A DNA stretch of 64,000 nt, taken from positions 558,001-622,000 of the forward strand of contig CDROCS010000410.1 of the NCBI GenBank assembly GCA_977020255.1. The letters are read 5' to 3'. The notes beneath the pieces are model-generated. The model was not told the DNA's origin. It did not search any database and was given only the letters and a program-made list of their open reading frames with translations. This document shows positions 1-8,934 of this stretch, one piece after another. The translations under genes and the position numbers were made by a program. The first letter of the stretch is position 1. Each line of letters begins with the position of its first letter. Source of the stretch: Obrimoposthia wandeli (Eukaryota).

Positions 1-1594
1 GCTGCTGCGGCGCTTCTTGCGGTTGTTGTTGCGCAGAGTTAATTGGTTCGTGTTGTATTGGCGCAGCTGGTGTCGGTGCGATATTCATCGGCTGTGGCGC
101 GTATGCTGGCACGGCACTATCTTGTGACGCGACATTATTTTGCGCATAACTCTGTGGAGCTGCAGCACTTTGTAGATAAGTAGCTTGCGGCTCAACACTT
201 TGTTGTTCTACATTTTGTGGTTCGACATGACCCATCGCTTGCGCAGCTTGTAATAGCTCGTTTTGCTCTAGGTTTAAATTCATCACCGCGTCATCAGCTT
301 GTTCTGTTGCGACGACTGGTTGTGCTTGCTGCTGCAGTGATTCAGTTACTGGAACTGGTGCTTGTACTGAAACCGGAGCTTGTATTGTAGCAGGCTCAGG
401 CACTTCAGAAACGGGAGTTTGCGTAACTGGTGCAGCCACTACTGTTTCAGTCACTACTGGTGCGATTGCTACAGGTGCAGGTGTTACATCTCTCTCAGGC
501 GCTTGTAAACGCCCTTGTGGACGAAACGCTAACATACGTAATATCGTCATTTCTAACGCACTACGTGGATCTGGAGCAAGCGGTAATTCTTTACGACCTG
601 TTAAGGTAATTTGATAATACAGCTGCACATCTTCCGGTGACATTTCGTCACATAAAGCTTTCACTTTATCTGCATTCTCGGAATCTACCACGGATGACGG
701 CAAAATTTGCGCCATCGCAATGCGGTGTAACAAGCTTGCTAATTCAATGTGCAGTTGGTCGAAGTCAGGCCCTAGTGAGCTTACTTCGGCAATTTTAGCC
801 ATGCAGTTATTAGCATCACCACTGACAATTAAGCGCAGTAGTTGCAGCATATGGGTGTGATCTAGCGTACCCAACATATCTAACACTGTTTGGTATAATA
901 CTTCACCCGCACCATGAGATAATGCTTGGTCGGTTAGACTCAAGGCGTCACGCATACTACCATCAGCTGCTTTCGCGATTGCATTTAATGCTGACAATTC
1001 GTATTGGCAATGCTCGCGCGATAAAATATGCACTAACTGCTGAGAAATCTGCTCAGTCGTTAGAACTTTTAAATGGAACTGCAAGCAACGCGATAAAATA
1101 GTAATTGGTAATTTTTGCGGATCAGTTGTCGCCAGTAAGAACTTCACATATTCAGGTGGTTCTTCTAACGTTTTTAATAACGCATTAAAACTGTGCTTAG
1201 AAAGCATGTGTACTTCATCGATTAAGTACACCTTGAAACGGCCACGAGCAGGTTTATATTGCACGTTATCAAGTAACTCACGCGTATCTTCCACTTTAGT
1301 TCGCGATGCCGCATCGATTTCGAGCAGGTCAACGTAACAACCTTGATCGATCTCTACACACGTAGAACATTCGCCACATGGAGTACTCGTGATGCCTTTC
1401 TCGCAATTTAAGCTTTTGGCTAAAATTCGTGCAATGGTGGTTTTACCCACACCGCGCGTACCACTGAGCAAATATGCATGGTGTAAACGGTCTTGCTCTA
1501 GCGCATTAACTAAAGCGGTCAGCACGTGTTGTTGACCAACAACTTGCTGAAAATTATGCGGGCGCCATTTACGCGCTAAGACTTGATAACTCAT
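1..1594 (-). CDS. dnaX: DNA polymerase III subunit gamma/tau, 5' part (3' end lies beyond the left edge)
   Basis: ATG at 1594 reads MSYQVLARKWRP; Walker A GTRGVGKT; SRC motif; then a long Pro/Ala/Gln-rich linker; apt-dnaX synteny. Missing from the ORF track because no stop codon falls in the window. Confidence 0.97.
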   Translation of the reverse strand, partial: MSYQVLARKWRPHNFQQVVGQQHVLTALVNALEQDRLHHAYLLSGTRGVGKTTIARILAKSLNCEKGITSTPCGECSTCVEIDQGCYVDLLEIDAASRTKVEDTRELLDNVQYKPARGRFKVYLIDEVHMLSKHSFNALLKTLEEPPEYVKFLLATTDPQKLPITILSRCLQFHLKVLTTEQISQQLVHILSREHCQYELSALNAIAKAADGSMRDALSLTDQALSHGAGEVLYQTVLDMLGTLDHTHMLQLLRLIVSGDANNCMAKIAEVSSLGPDFDQLHIELASLLHRIAMAQILPSSVVDSENADKVKALCDEMSPEDVQLYYQITLTGRKELPLAPDPRSALEMTILRMLAFRPQGRLQAPERDVTPAPVAIAPVVTETVVAAPVTQTPVSEVPEPATIQAPVSVQAPVPVTESLQQQAQPVVATEQADDAVMNLNLEQNELLQAAQAMGHVEPQNVEQQSVEPQATYLQSAAAPQSYAQNNVASQDSAVPAYAPQPMNIAPTPAAPIQHEPINSAQQQPQEAPQQ

Positions 1595-1699
1595 AACAGT
1601 TCAATGATTACTTAATATAGACAAGCACTAATATGCTCGGGACTGAAAATAGCTGGCAGTCGGCCACCAGCTAATCACGATAGTTAGAATGATTGCGGA

Positions 1700-2245
1700 T
1701 TATTCGCCGTCAAAATCAACTAATTTAGTAATATTAACATTAAGATTCTTCAATACAGTTTCACCACCTAGGTCTGGTAGTGAGATAACAAATGCAGCGT
1801 CTTCAACAATACCGCCAAGCTGACGGATTAAAGAAACCGTCGCCGCCACAGTACCACCAGTTGCTAATAGATCATCAACGATAAGTACTTTATCGCCTGC
1901 GTCTACTGCGTCTACGTGAATTTGTAATGTATCAGTACCGTATTCTAACTCGTAGCTTTGTTCAATCGTTTTACGCGGTAGTTTGTTCGGCTTGCGCACT
2001 AGAATAAAACCAAGGCCAAGTGCTTTTGCTAACGGAGCGCCAAAGATAAAACCACGCGCTTCAGTGCCCGCAATTTTAGTAAAACCAGCATCTTTAAAAC
2101 GTTCTGCAAGTAAATCGATAGTAGCAGCAAAAGCTGGACCATTCTCAACTAAACTTGTTACGTCACGGAAGATAATGCCTGCTTTTGGATAATCTGGAAT
2201 TGATTTAATACTGCTTTTAATAAACCCGAGTGTATCTTGGTTCAT
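1700..2245 (-). CDS. apt: Adenine phosphoribosyltransferase
   Basis: [25 protein letters not shown]-binding [10 protein letters not shown] motif. Confidence 0.98.
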   Translation of the reverse strand: MNQDTLGFIKSSIKSIPDYPKAGIIFRDVTSLVENGPAFAATIDLLAERFKDAGFTKIAGTEARGFIFGAPLAKALGLGFILVRKPNKLPRKTIEQSYELEYGTDTLQIHVDAVDAGDKVLIVDDLLATGGTVAATVSLIRQLGGIVEDAAFVISLPDLGGETVLKNLNVNITKLVDFDGE

Positions 2246-2476
2246 ATTACAACCTGTTAATTTGATGAGCGAACTGTCATATCACCAAATAACTTTGGCT
2301 ATAACATGTGCTCAATATATAAAATAAATATTGGGGATAAATTTTAAGTAACTGCTTGTTGATATGCAAGCGAGTATTAAAATTAACGTCCTTTTGAAGA
2401 AATTATTATACGATATATTTGGCAATTATGGTTAATTCTGTTTTAATCGCTCATTTTGCCAACGCAGGATAATCAC

Positions 2477-3415
2477 ATGCGCGTAGTTTTAGCCCCAATG
2501 GAGGGCGTTGTTGACAATTTGATGCGCGAGTTACTCACAGCGCAAGGTGGTTACGATTTATGCGTAACCGAGTTTATTCGAGTCGTCGAACAGCTATTAC
2601 CAGAGAAAATTTATTACCGCTATTGTGCAGAATTAAACAACGGTTGCCGCACTCAAGCTGGTACGCCCGTGCGTATTCAGTTATTAGGGCAACACCCAGA
2701 GTGGATGGCAGAAAATGCGGTTCGTGCAATTGAACTGGGATCTCACGGCTTAGATATCAATTTTGGCTGTCCAGCAAAGCAAGTGAATAAATCATCAGGC
2801 GGCGCCGCGTGTTTACGTGAACCGGAACTGGTGTATCAAATCGTCAAGCAGGTACGTGAAGCGGTCCCTGCAGAGCATGTTGTCAGTGCCAAGATCCGCT
2901 TAGGTTGGGAAGACAGTAATCAAAAGTTAGAAATTGCCGATGCAGTACAGCAAGCAGGAGCGAATGAACTAACCGTACATGGCCGCACCAAAGCCGATGG
3001 TTATCGCGCAGCAGCGATTAATTGGGAAGCAATCGGCGAAATTAAAAAGCACGTTTCAATCCCAGTTATAGCCAATGGTGAAATTTGGAACTACGAAGAT
3101 GGTCAGCGTTGTTTAGCTGTGACGGGTTGTGAAGATCTTATGGTCGGGCGTGGCGCATTAAACTTACCCAATTTAGGCGCAGTGGTTAAACACAATCAAG
3201 CACCTATGCCTTGGGTTGATGTGGTCACGTTATTACAAAATTACTGCCAATTAGAGATTCGAGGCGATAAAGAGAAGTATCTACCGAACAGAATAAAACA
3301 ATGGTTTAGCTACCTACGTAAACAGTACCCTGAAGCCGGTGACTTGTTTACCCAGTTAAGAGCCTTACGTCAGTCAGAAGAAGTGATTAATACACTAAAT
3401 AATTATCGTATGTAA
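2477..3415 (+). CDS. dusC: tRNA-dihydrouridine synthase C
   Basis: [16 protein letters not shown]-like [14 protein letters not shown] and ANGEIW motifs. ATG at 2477 preferred over the TTG at 2456. Confidence 0.93.
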   Translation: MRVVLAPMEGVVDNLMRELLTAQGGYDLCVTEFIRVVEQLLPEKIYYRYCAELNNGCRTQAGTPVRIQLLGQHPEWMAENAVRAIELGSHGLDINFGCPAKQVNKSSGGAACLREPELVYQIVKQVREAVPAEHVVSAKIRLGWEDSNQKLEIADAVQQAGANELTVHGRTKADGYRAAAINWEAIGEIKKHVSIPVIANGEIWNYEDGQRCLAVTGCEDLMVGRGALNLPNLGAVVKHNQAPMPWVDVVTLLQNYCQLEIRGDKEKYLPNRIKQWFSYLRKQYPEAGDLFTQLRALRQSEEVINTLNNYRM

Positions 3416-3492
3416 CTATCGCATACATGTAACTATCTAATATAAATAGCTATCGCATGTAAAAATGACCAGCCCTAAAGGCTAAATATTGT

Positions 3493-3591
3493 GACTACCT
3501 CATATTGAAGTGTATTAAAAAACAGAGGTAGTCGTACGAATAGATTGTTAATCTTAAGCTAAAAACAAGTATGGTAGCTCGTTTTTAGCTT
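3493..3591. terminator. Two hairpins between the convergent dusC and DUF3726 genes
   Basis: GACTACCTC/GAGGTAGTC (3493-3533) and AAGCTAAAAAC/GTTTTTAGCTT (3556-3591). Confidence 0.45.
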
Positions 3592-3605
3592 GGTAACCAC
3601 GACGG

Positions 3606-4337
3606 TTAAACCAGTTCCCCTGCGCCTTTAACGGATGCCTCACTATTTTCGACCAGCATCGCTGTGGCGGTTTTTTTCAATTTTTCCCACTCCGCATCAT
3701 CAACTAAAATACCATCATACCAAGTATCGCGTTGCGCACTATTTAGCGATGACGATCTAATGTGTTTGGTGTAACCAGCTGAGTAACCAGCAATATCGAA
3801 ATTTTTCACTGATAATTGAATGGTCATATCATGTAATGTTCGCCCAGCTAAATCGAGATGATCGGATAAAAACAATTCTGGTGACACACACCCTTGATTC
3901 AAAATATACAGGGTATTTTGTGGTGACGAGCCATTATTCCACTGTGCTTTACAGGCCAAGCCTTTAGCGGCTAGCTTCACCAGTTCGTTATACGCCAACC
4001 AACGGTTGTGACAATTCTTCAATTCAATCGTCAGATGCTTTTTACCAACCATTTTTTCAAGCGCGTAATCAATCACTACCGGCAAGTGACAAGCTAAACT
4101 GCAGCCATGTAGATCAACGACTAAGCCACCGTCATTGGTAATGAAAATATCAACAGGGGAATCTTTTTCTGCCGTTAAAAATCGCGCCGCATTGTTAAAA
4201 TGGCCAATACCATTTAACCCCACGATCTGTAAACCAGCGACCATATTGGCAATCACATCGGCTTCACCGCAGCTACGACGCATTCCCAAAAAGGCTTTAT
4301 TCACCACCGAGACTAATTCATTATGTGAAACGATCAT
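3606..4337 (-). CDS. DUF3726-family protein (possible distant Ldh_2/AllD-like oxidoreductase fold)
   Basis: N-terminus S-x-NE...KA..G....G.A...A.......GL.G matches the DUF3726 pattern; C-terminal GILVDDAEWEKL; start overlaps the stop of the upstream ORF by 4 nt. Confidence 0.7.
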   Translation of the reverse strand: MIVSHNELVSVVNKAFLGMRRSCGEADVIANMVAGLQIVGLNGIGHFNNAARFLTAEKDSPVDIFITNDGGLVVDLHGCSLACHLPVVIDYALEKMVGKKHLTIELKNCHNRWLAYNELVKLAAKGLACKAQWNNGSSPQNTLYILNQGCVSPELFLSDHLDLAGRTLHDMTIQLSVKNFDIAGYSAGYTKHIRSSSLNSAQRDTWYDGILVDDAEWEKLKKTATAMLVENSEASVKGAGELV

Positions 4338-6058
4338 GATGCTTCTCCTTCTGCTACAGCTTGATTTAATGCATTACTCGGTAATAACGGAAACAACCAC
4401 TCCCCATCATGGATCTCGTTAAGTAACGGCGCGCCTTGGAAAAAGGTTACACGTACCCAACGTTCTGAACGAGGGTCAAATTTTGTTGCCCCCAACACCG
4501 CTAATTTACAACGTAATAAGTGCATCGGTAACGATTTTTTATGTAATACATTCATCTGAATTTCACCCATCTGCTTATTACCCAACGTCCAAACACGCCG
4601 TGAAATAGAACGATATTGAGGGTGTAACACTAAAAATTCAGCCAATTGCATATTAGGTTTACATATCAAGAGCGCATGATAAAGGCGATTGGCTTGACGG
4701 CCAATATCCAATGGTAATTCACGATCTTCACCCGGCTCTTCACCGCGAATGCCTAGACGAGGTTCTTCTTTGTCTTGTGAGCGATACCAGAACCAATAGT
4801 TATTTTCTGGTCGCTTAAAATCAGTCTCAATAGCCCAACGATAACTACTTTCCAATACCGCGATTAAATCTTCAATACGTTTACCGCTGGGTAGACTTAA
4901 ACTCTCATCACAATTCATTTTGGTTTCATAGCTATCCACCAGTGCAGGGTAAAGTTCCATCAAGCACGAAAGCAGTATTTCTTGAGTTTCCAGACTATAA
5001 CGACTGGTATATTCCACTAATTCAGACCATGTTTGACTCTGTATCAACAAAGTTTCGAGGTCACTCAACAGATCATGTAATTCTTCTATAGCGGTATTAT
5101 TAAGCGTGTTTTGATCTGCATTAATCGTGATAATTTGCTCTAAATGACAAAGCCCTTTATGTAATAAATACTGCAACGGCACTAGTTTTTTCATTTCCAC
5201 CGCTGTATTCAACACATCCGTCAACGCAGATTCACGTGACGATAACCATTGATCCACAACACAAGGATGATTAATTAAGTACGGTGCCATGCCCAATCCT
5301 GTCGCGTTACCAATACCCAAGTAGCGTTGTAAGCCAAGATCTAAACTAACCGCTTTATCTCCACCTTGCTGCTGGGCTAAATAGTGCACCCAGTCGAGGC
5401 TGAATTCACGCAAGATATATACAGCACACATTTGCGCGCTAAATGATTGATTAAAGTCTGCAGTGGTTTCTAGCCAGCCAAAATCAGCAATACCAAATTT
5501 ACCATTACCGTAAACGGCGGTAGTACGTAGGATGTAACCGACTTCTGCGAGTTCTTTAGCATTCGGCTGCTGCCCTTTAGCAAGGTGTGAAACTAAATGT
5601 TCAAACACTCGCACACTCTTGTTTGCTCTTGCTAATACCAATACTTTATTTGGATTTCGTCCAGCTTCTTGCAACGGTACATTGGCACGTAAGCGACTCA
5701 ATAACTCAACATCAACATCGCCATAAACCAGCGCGAACGTCACGTCCCACTTTTCGGCAATAACGCGATCATTACGATCTTCATCGGCGATCTCATCACA
5801 AAAAATAACTAAGTGATAAACATGATTCAGCGTTGTAAGCTTGTAAATCACATGACCAAAGCCTTGTGCTGACAACTGCCAATCGTGCTTAGTCACTTGC
5901 CATTTTTGTTGTGCCATTTTACGAATTAAAGAGCGCACAAAGCTAATCCGATTTTGATGCATTGCGCCAAGTCTTTCTGGCGCCATAACGGTTACAGGAT
6001 CACGCATATAAGTGCCACCGCAAGTTGAAGGACGAGCATCCATATTATTAACTTCCAT
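4334..6058 (-). CDS. Conserved hypothetical protein, 574 aa (likely start at 6043)
   Basis: Long intact ORF within an operon; motif-like blocks RTTAVYGNGKFG, GIGNATGLGMAP, WYRSQDKEEPRLG, GATKFDPRSERW; no recognisable cofactor motif. Confidence 0.85.
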   Translation of the reverse strand: MEVNNMDARPSTCGGTYMRDPVTVMAPERLGAMHQNRISFVRSLIRKMAQQKWQVTKHDWQLSAQGFGHVIYKLTTLNHVYHLVIFCDEIADEDRNDRVIAEKWDVTFALVYGDVDVELLSRLRANVPLQEAGRNPNKVLVLARANKSVRVFEHLVSHLAKGQQPNAKELAEVGYILRTTAVYGNGKFGIADFGWLETTADFNQSFSAQMCAVYILREFSLDWVHYLAQQQGGDKAVSLDLGLQRYLGIGNATGLGMAPYLINHPCVVDQWLSSRESALTDVLNTAVEMKKLVPLQYLLHKGLCHLEQIITINADQNTLNNTAIEELHDLLSDLETLLIQSQTWSELVEYTSRYSLETQEILLSCLMELYPALVDSYETKMNCDESLSLPSGKRIEDLIAVLESSYRWAIETDFKRPENNYWFWYRSQDKEEPRLGIRGEEPGEDRELPLDIGRQANRLYHALLICKPNMQLAEFLVLHPQYRSISRRVWTLGNKQMGEIQMNVLHKKSLPMHLLRCKLAVLGATKFDPRSERWVRVTFFQGAPLLNEIHDGEWLFPLLPSNALNQAVAEGEAS

Positions 6059-6119
6059 TGTAAATATAAGAATTTTAATTAAGCGGCTTGCTAACCGCCC
6101 TGCTTCACATTGTTTTCGT

Positions 6120-6157
6120 TATTAACGGTCAGTCATTCAATCGACTGACCGTTAATA
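6120..6157. other. Perfect 15-bp intercistronic hairpin without a U-tract
   Basis: TATTAACGGTCAGTC/GACTGACCGTTAATA around an 8-nt loop, between the BCCT gene and the 574-aa gene. Confidence 0.7.
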
Positions 6158-6161
6158 CTTG

Positions 6162-7790
6162 CTATAAACCTTGATCTTTCGCCATCTGTATCGCGATTTG
6201 TGGTGCGTTCCAGAGCGAGGGTAATAAGATTAAAGAAACCGGTACTGCAGTAATAACAATGAACGATTGCAGTGCGGATATCCCCCCCGATCCCAGTGAA
6301 ATAAGCACCAACGCAGTGATCCCCATCACCACACCCCAGAATGTACGAATAAAGGCATTTGGTTCTTGTTCACCACTGATCACTACACTAATTGTGTAAG
6401 TCATCGAGTCACCCGTCGTAACGATAAAGATCGTCGTCAAGATAAGAAACAGTACCGAAGTCACCATCGGAAATGGCAGTTGCGTAGTCACAGCAAGTAG
6501 CGCACCAGGTAAATTAAAACCTTCAAATGCGGAGCTGACTGAACCCGGTTCTGCGATTTCAAATGCTAAACCCGAACCACCGACAATCGTGAACCAAAAG
6601 CACGTGGTTAGCGGCGCAATAATACTGATTGTAGAGACGAGCTGACGAATCGTTCTACCACGTGAAATACGTGCAATAAAGATTGCCATCATCGGGCCAT
6701 AACCCAAGAACCAGCCCCAGAAGAATACTGTCCACCAGCTCAACCAACCTTCATCACCACGATATGTTGCCATGGGAATGAAATTATCTACCATGCTACC
6801 CACACCTTGGATATAGCCATTAAAGATAAAGTTAGTTGGACCAAAAATAAGAATGTAAGCCATCAATAAACACGCTAAAACAACGTTGTAACGGCTAAGC
6901 ATTTGCATGCCTCGATTTAAGCCACTTAACGCCGAAATGGTATATAACGTGATAGCAAATAACACGATGATAAGCTGCGTAGTAAACCCGTCTGGAATAT
7001 CAAACAAAACGTTTAATGCGTAGCTCACCTGTAAACCAAGGAAACCAATCGGACCAATAGTCCCTGCGGCAACAGCAACGATACAACACGCATCAATCAA
7101 TGCGCCTGTGTGCCCCGTTAATACTCGTTTCCCAAACACTGGGTAAAGTAAGATACGTGGTTTAAGCGGTAACCCTTTGTCATAATGCAGATGCATGACA
7201 ACGATAGAAGTAAGACTACCGACAATAGCCCAAGCCAGAAAACCCCAATGCATGAACGACTGCGATAAAGCATTAACAGCGGTTTGATGAACATCTTCTT
7301 GCGCACCATACAGAGGCGGTGGATTAACAAAATGCGCTATCGGCTCTGCAGCAGCCCAAAACACACCACCACCCGCAAGTAATGTACAAAAGATAATAGC
7401 CATCCAACGAAAGCCATCCATTTCAGGTTTAGGCAGTGCACCTAAAACAACTTTACCCGTACGACCAGCGGCTAACGCGATGCCAATCAAAAAAGTTAAT
7501 AGCAACAAGACTTGCCAATAAGGACCAAAGAATTTGACCGCCCATGAGAACCCTGTATTAACAAGACTTGATAACAACGCTTCATCGTATAACGCTAAGA
7601 GTACAAACAAGGCAAGAAAGCTGCCGCTGTACCAAAAAGCGGGATTACTAAAACCCAATTTATCCGCTGTAGAATTACTATCACTTACTGCGCTATTGCT
7701 TGCTAAATTTGAAGAGCTTGATGCGCTAGCGGTATTACTACCATCGCTATTTAAGCTCGCCGCTTTCGCGCTTTTGGTTAAATCTGACAT
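6162..7790 (-). CDS. BCCT-family (betaine/carnitine/choline) transporter
   Basis: GGVFWAAAEP, HWGFLAWAI, WTVFFWGWFLGYGP and FIARISRGRTIR motifs; about 12 hydrophobic segments; Ser-rich N-terminal tail. Confidence 0.93.
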   Translation of the reverse strand: MSDLTKSAKAASLNSDGSNTASASSSSNLASNSAVSDSNSTADKLGFSNPAFWYSGSFLALFVLLALYDEALLSSLVNTGFSWAVKFFGPYWQVLLLLTFLIGIALAAGRTGKVVLGALPKPEMDGFRWMAIIFCTLLAGGGVFWAAAEPIAHFVNPPPLYGAQEDVHQTAVNALSQSFMHWGFLAWAIVGSLTSIVVMHLHYDKGLPLKPRILLYPVFGKRVLTGHTGALIDACCIVAVAAGTIGPIGFLGLQVSYALNVLFDIPDGFTTQLIIVLFAITLYTISALSGLNRGMQMLSRYNVVLACLLMAYILIFGPTNFIFNGYIQGVGSMVDNFIPMATYRGDEGWLSWWTVFFWGWFLGYGPMMAIFIARISRGRTIRQLVSTISIIAPLTTCFWFTIVGGSGLAFEIAEPGSVSSAFEGFNLPGALLAVTTQLPFPMVTSVLFLILTTIFIVTTGDSMTYTISVVISGEQEPNAFIRTFWGVVMGITALVLISLGSGGISALQSFIVITAVPVSLILLPSLWNAPQIAIQMAKDQGL

Positions 7791-7889
7791 GCTCTGACTC
7801 CAGAGGTATGCTTTGCAACTGCAAAGGTGTATTTACGTCAGCCCTCTCGATTTATAATAATGGACTGACGTTCTATGTGTCGTAACGAC

Positions 7890-8879
7890 TTACGAAATAG
7901 GCTCTAATCCTTGCTTTAAAAAGTTAAACCAATTTTCGCCTAATACTTGCCCCGCTTCAGATTCTGAAAATCCGTAGCGCATTAATCCGTTATAAATATT
8001 CTCCATACCTGCGCTTCCGCAGAACCAAGGCAATGAATCAGGCCACCCTGAATTATTTGCCGACCCTTCACCATAATCCATCGCTTTAGACCAGCGACCA
8101 TTACGCATCCATTCCAATACAGCCTGTGGTTGGTTAAGACATAAATCACTACCAATCCCCAAGTGTTCAACACCCACCATATCAGCTGTTTTCGCAACCA
8201 TCTGACAAAAGTCATCTAAGCTACACTGGCTGCCATTGGGTAAGTGAAATGGATATAAACTGAACCCTAACAATCCACCACGTGCTGCTAATGACTTAAT
8301 CACCGTATCCGATTTATTACGCAATGCTTCAAACGCAAACGTCGGGTTAGCATGACTAATACAAATAGGACGTGAAGACAAATCAATCGCTTCAAGTGTA
8401 GATCGCTCTGCGCTATGTGACATATCGATAATCATGCCAACACGGTTCATCTCTGCAATTGCTTGTTTACCAAAACGGGTAATACCATTATCATTTTTCT
8501 CATAACACCCTGTTGCCAGTAGGCTTTGGTTGTTATAAGTCAGCTGCATAATAAGTAAACCTTGTTGGCGCATTACTTCAATTAAACCGATTTCATCATC
8601 AATCGATGAGCAATTTTGTGCGCCAAAGAAAATACCCACTTTACCGAGTGCTTTGGCCTTTTCGATATCTGCAACTGAGTGAATAGGCATGATCAAGTCA
8701 GCATTTTGTTCAAATCTTAAATTCCACTCCGCAAAACGGCTTAACGTTTCACGCGCTGTTTCGTGATAAACAATCGTTGCGTGAACAGCGGTGATGCCAC
8801 TGTTTTTCAATGTCTGGAAGTACTCTCGATCCCAATTGCAATACTGCAATCCATCAATCACAATCCTTTGGCTATACAT
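7890..8879 (-). CDS. M19 membrane-dipeptidase-family amidohydrolase with a degenerate metal site
   Basis: IVIDG, AEMNRVGMIIDMSH, ISHAN, RNKSD and GIGSD motifs. Confidence 0.9.
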   Translation of the reverse strand: MYSQRIVIDGLQYCNWDREYFQTLKNSGITAVHATIVYHETARETLSRFAEWNLRFEQNADLIMPIHSVADIEKAKALGKVGIFFGAQNCSSIDDEIGLIEVMRQQGLLIMQLTYNNQSLLATGCYEKNDNGITRFGKQAIAEMNRVGMIIDMSHSAERSTLEAIDLSSRPICISHANPTFAFEALRNKSDTVIKSLAARGGLLGFSLYPFHLPNGSQCSLDDFCQMVAKTADMVGVEHLGIGSDLCLNQPQAVLEWMRNGRWSKAMDYGEGSANNSGWPDSLPWFCGSAGMENIYNGLMRYGFSESEAGQVLGENWFNFLKQGLEPIS

Positions 8880-8934
8880 ACCGACTCCTAATTATTCATC
8901 TGACTTTAATTCACTTAATCATGCTGAAAACCGC

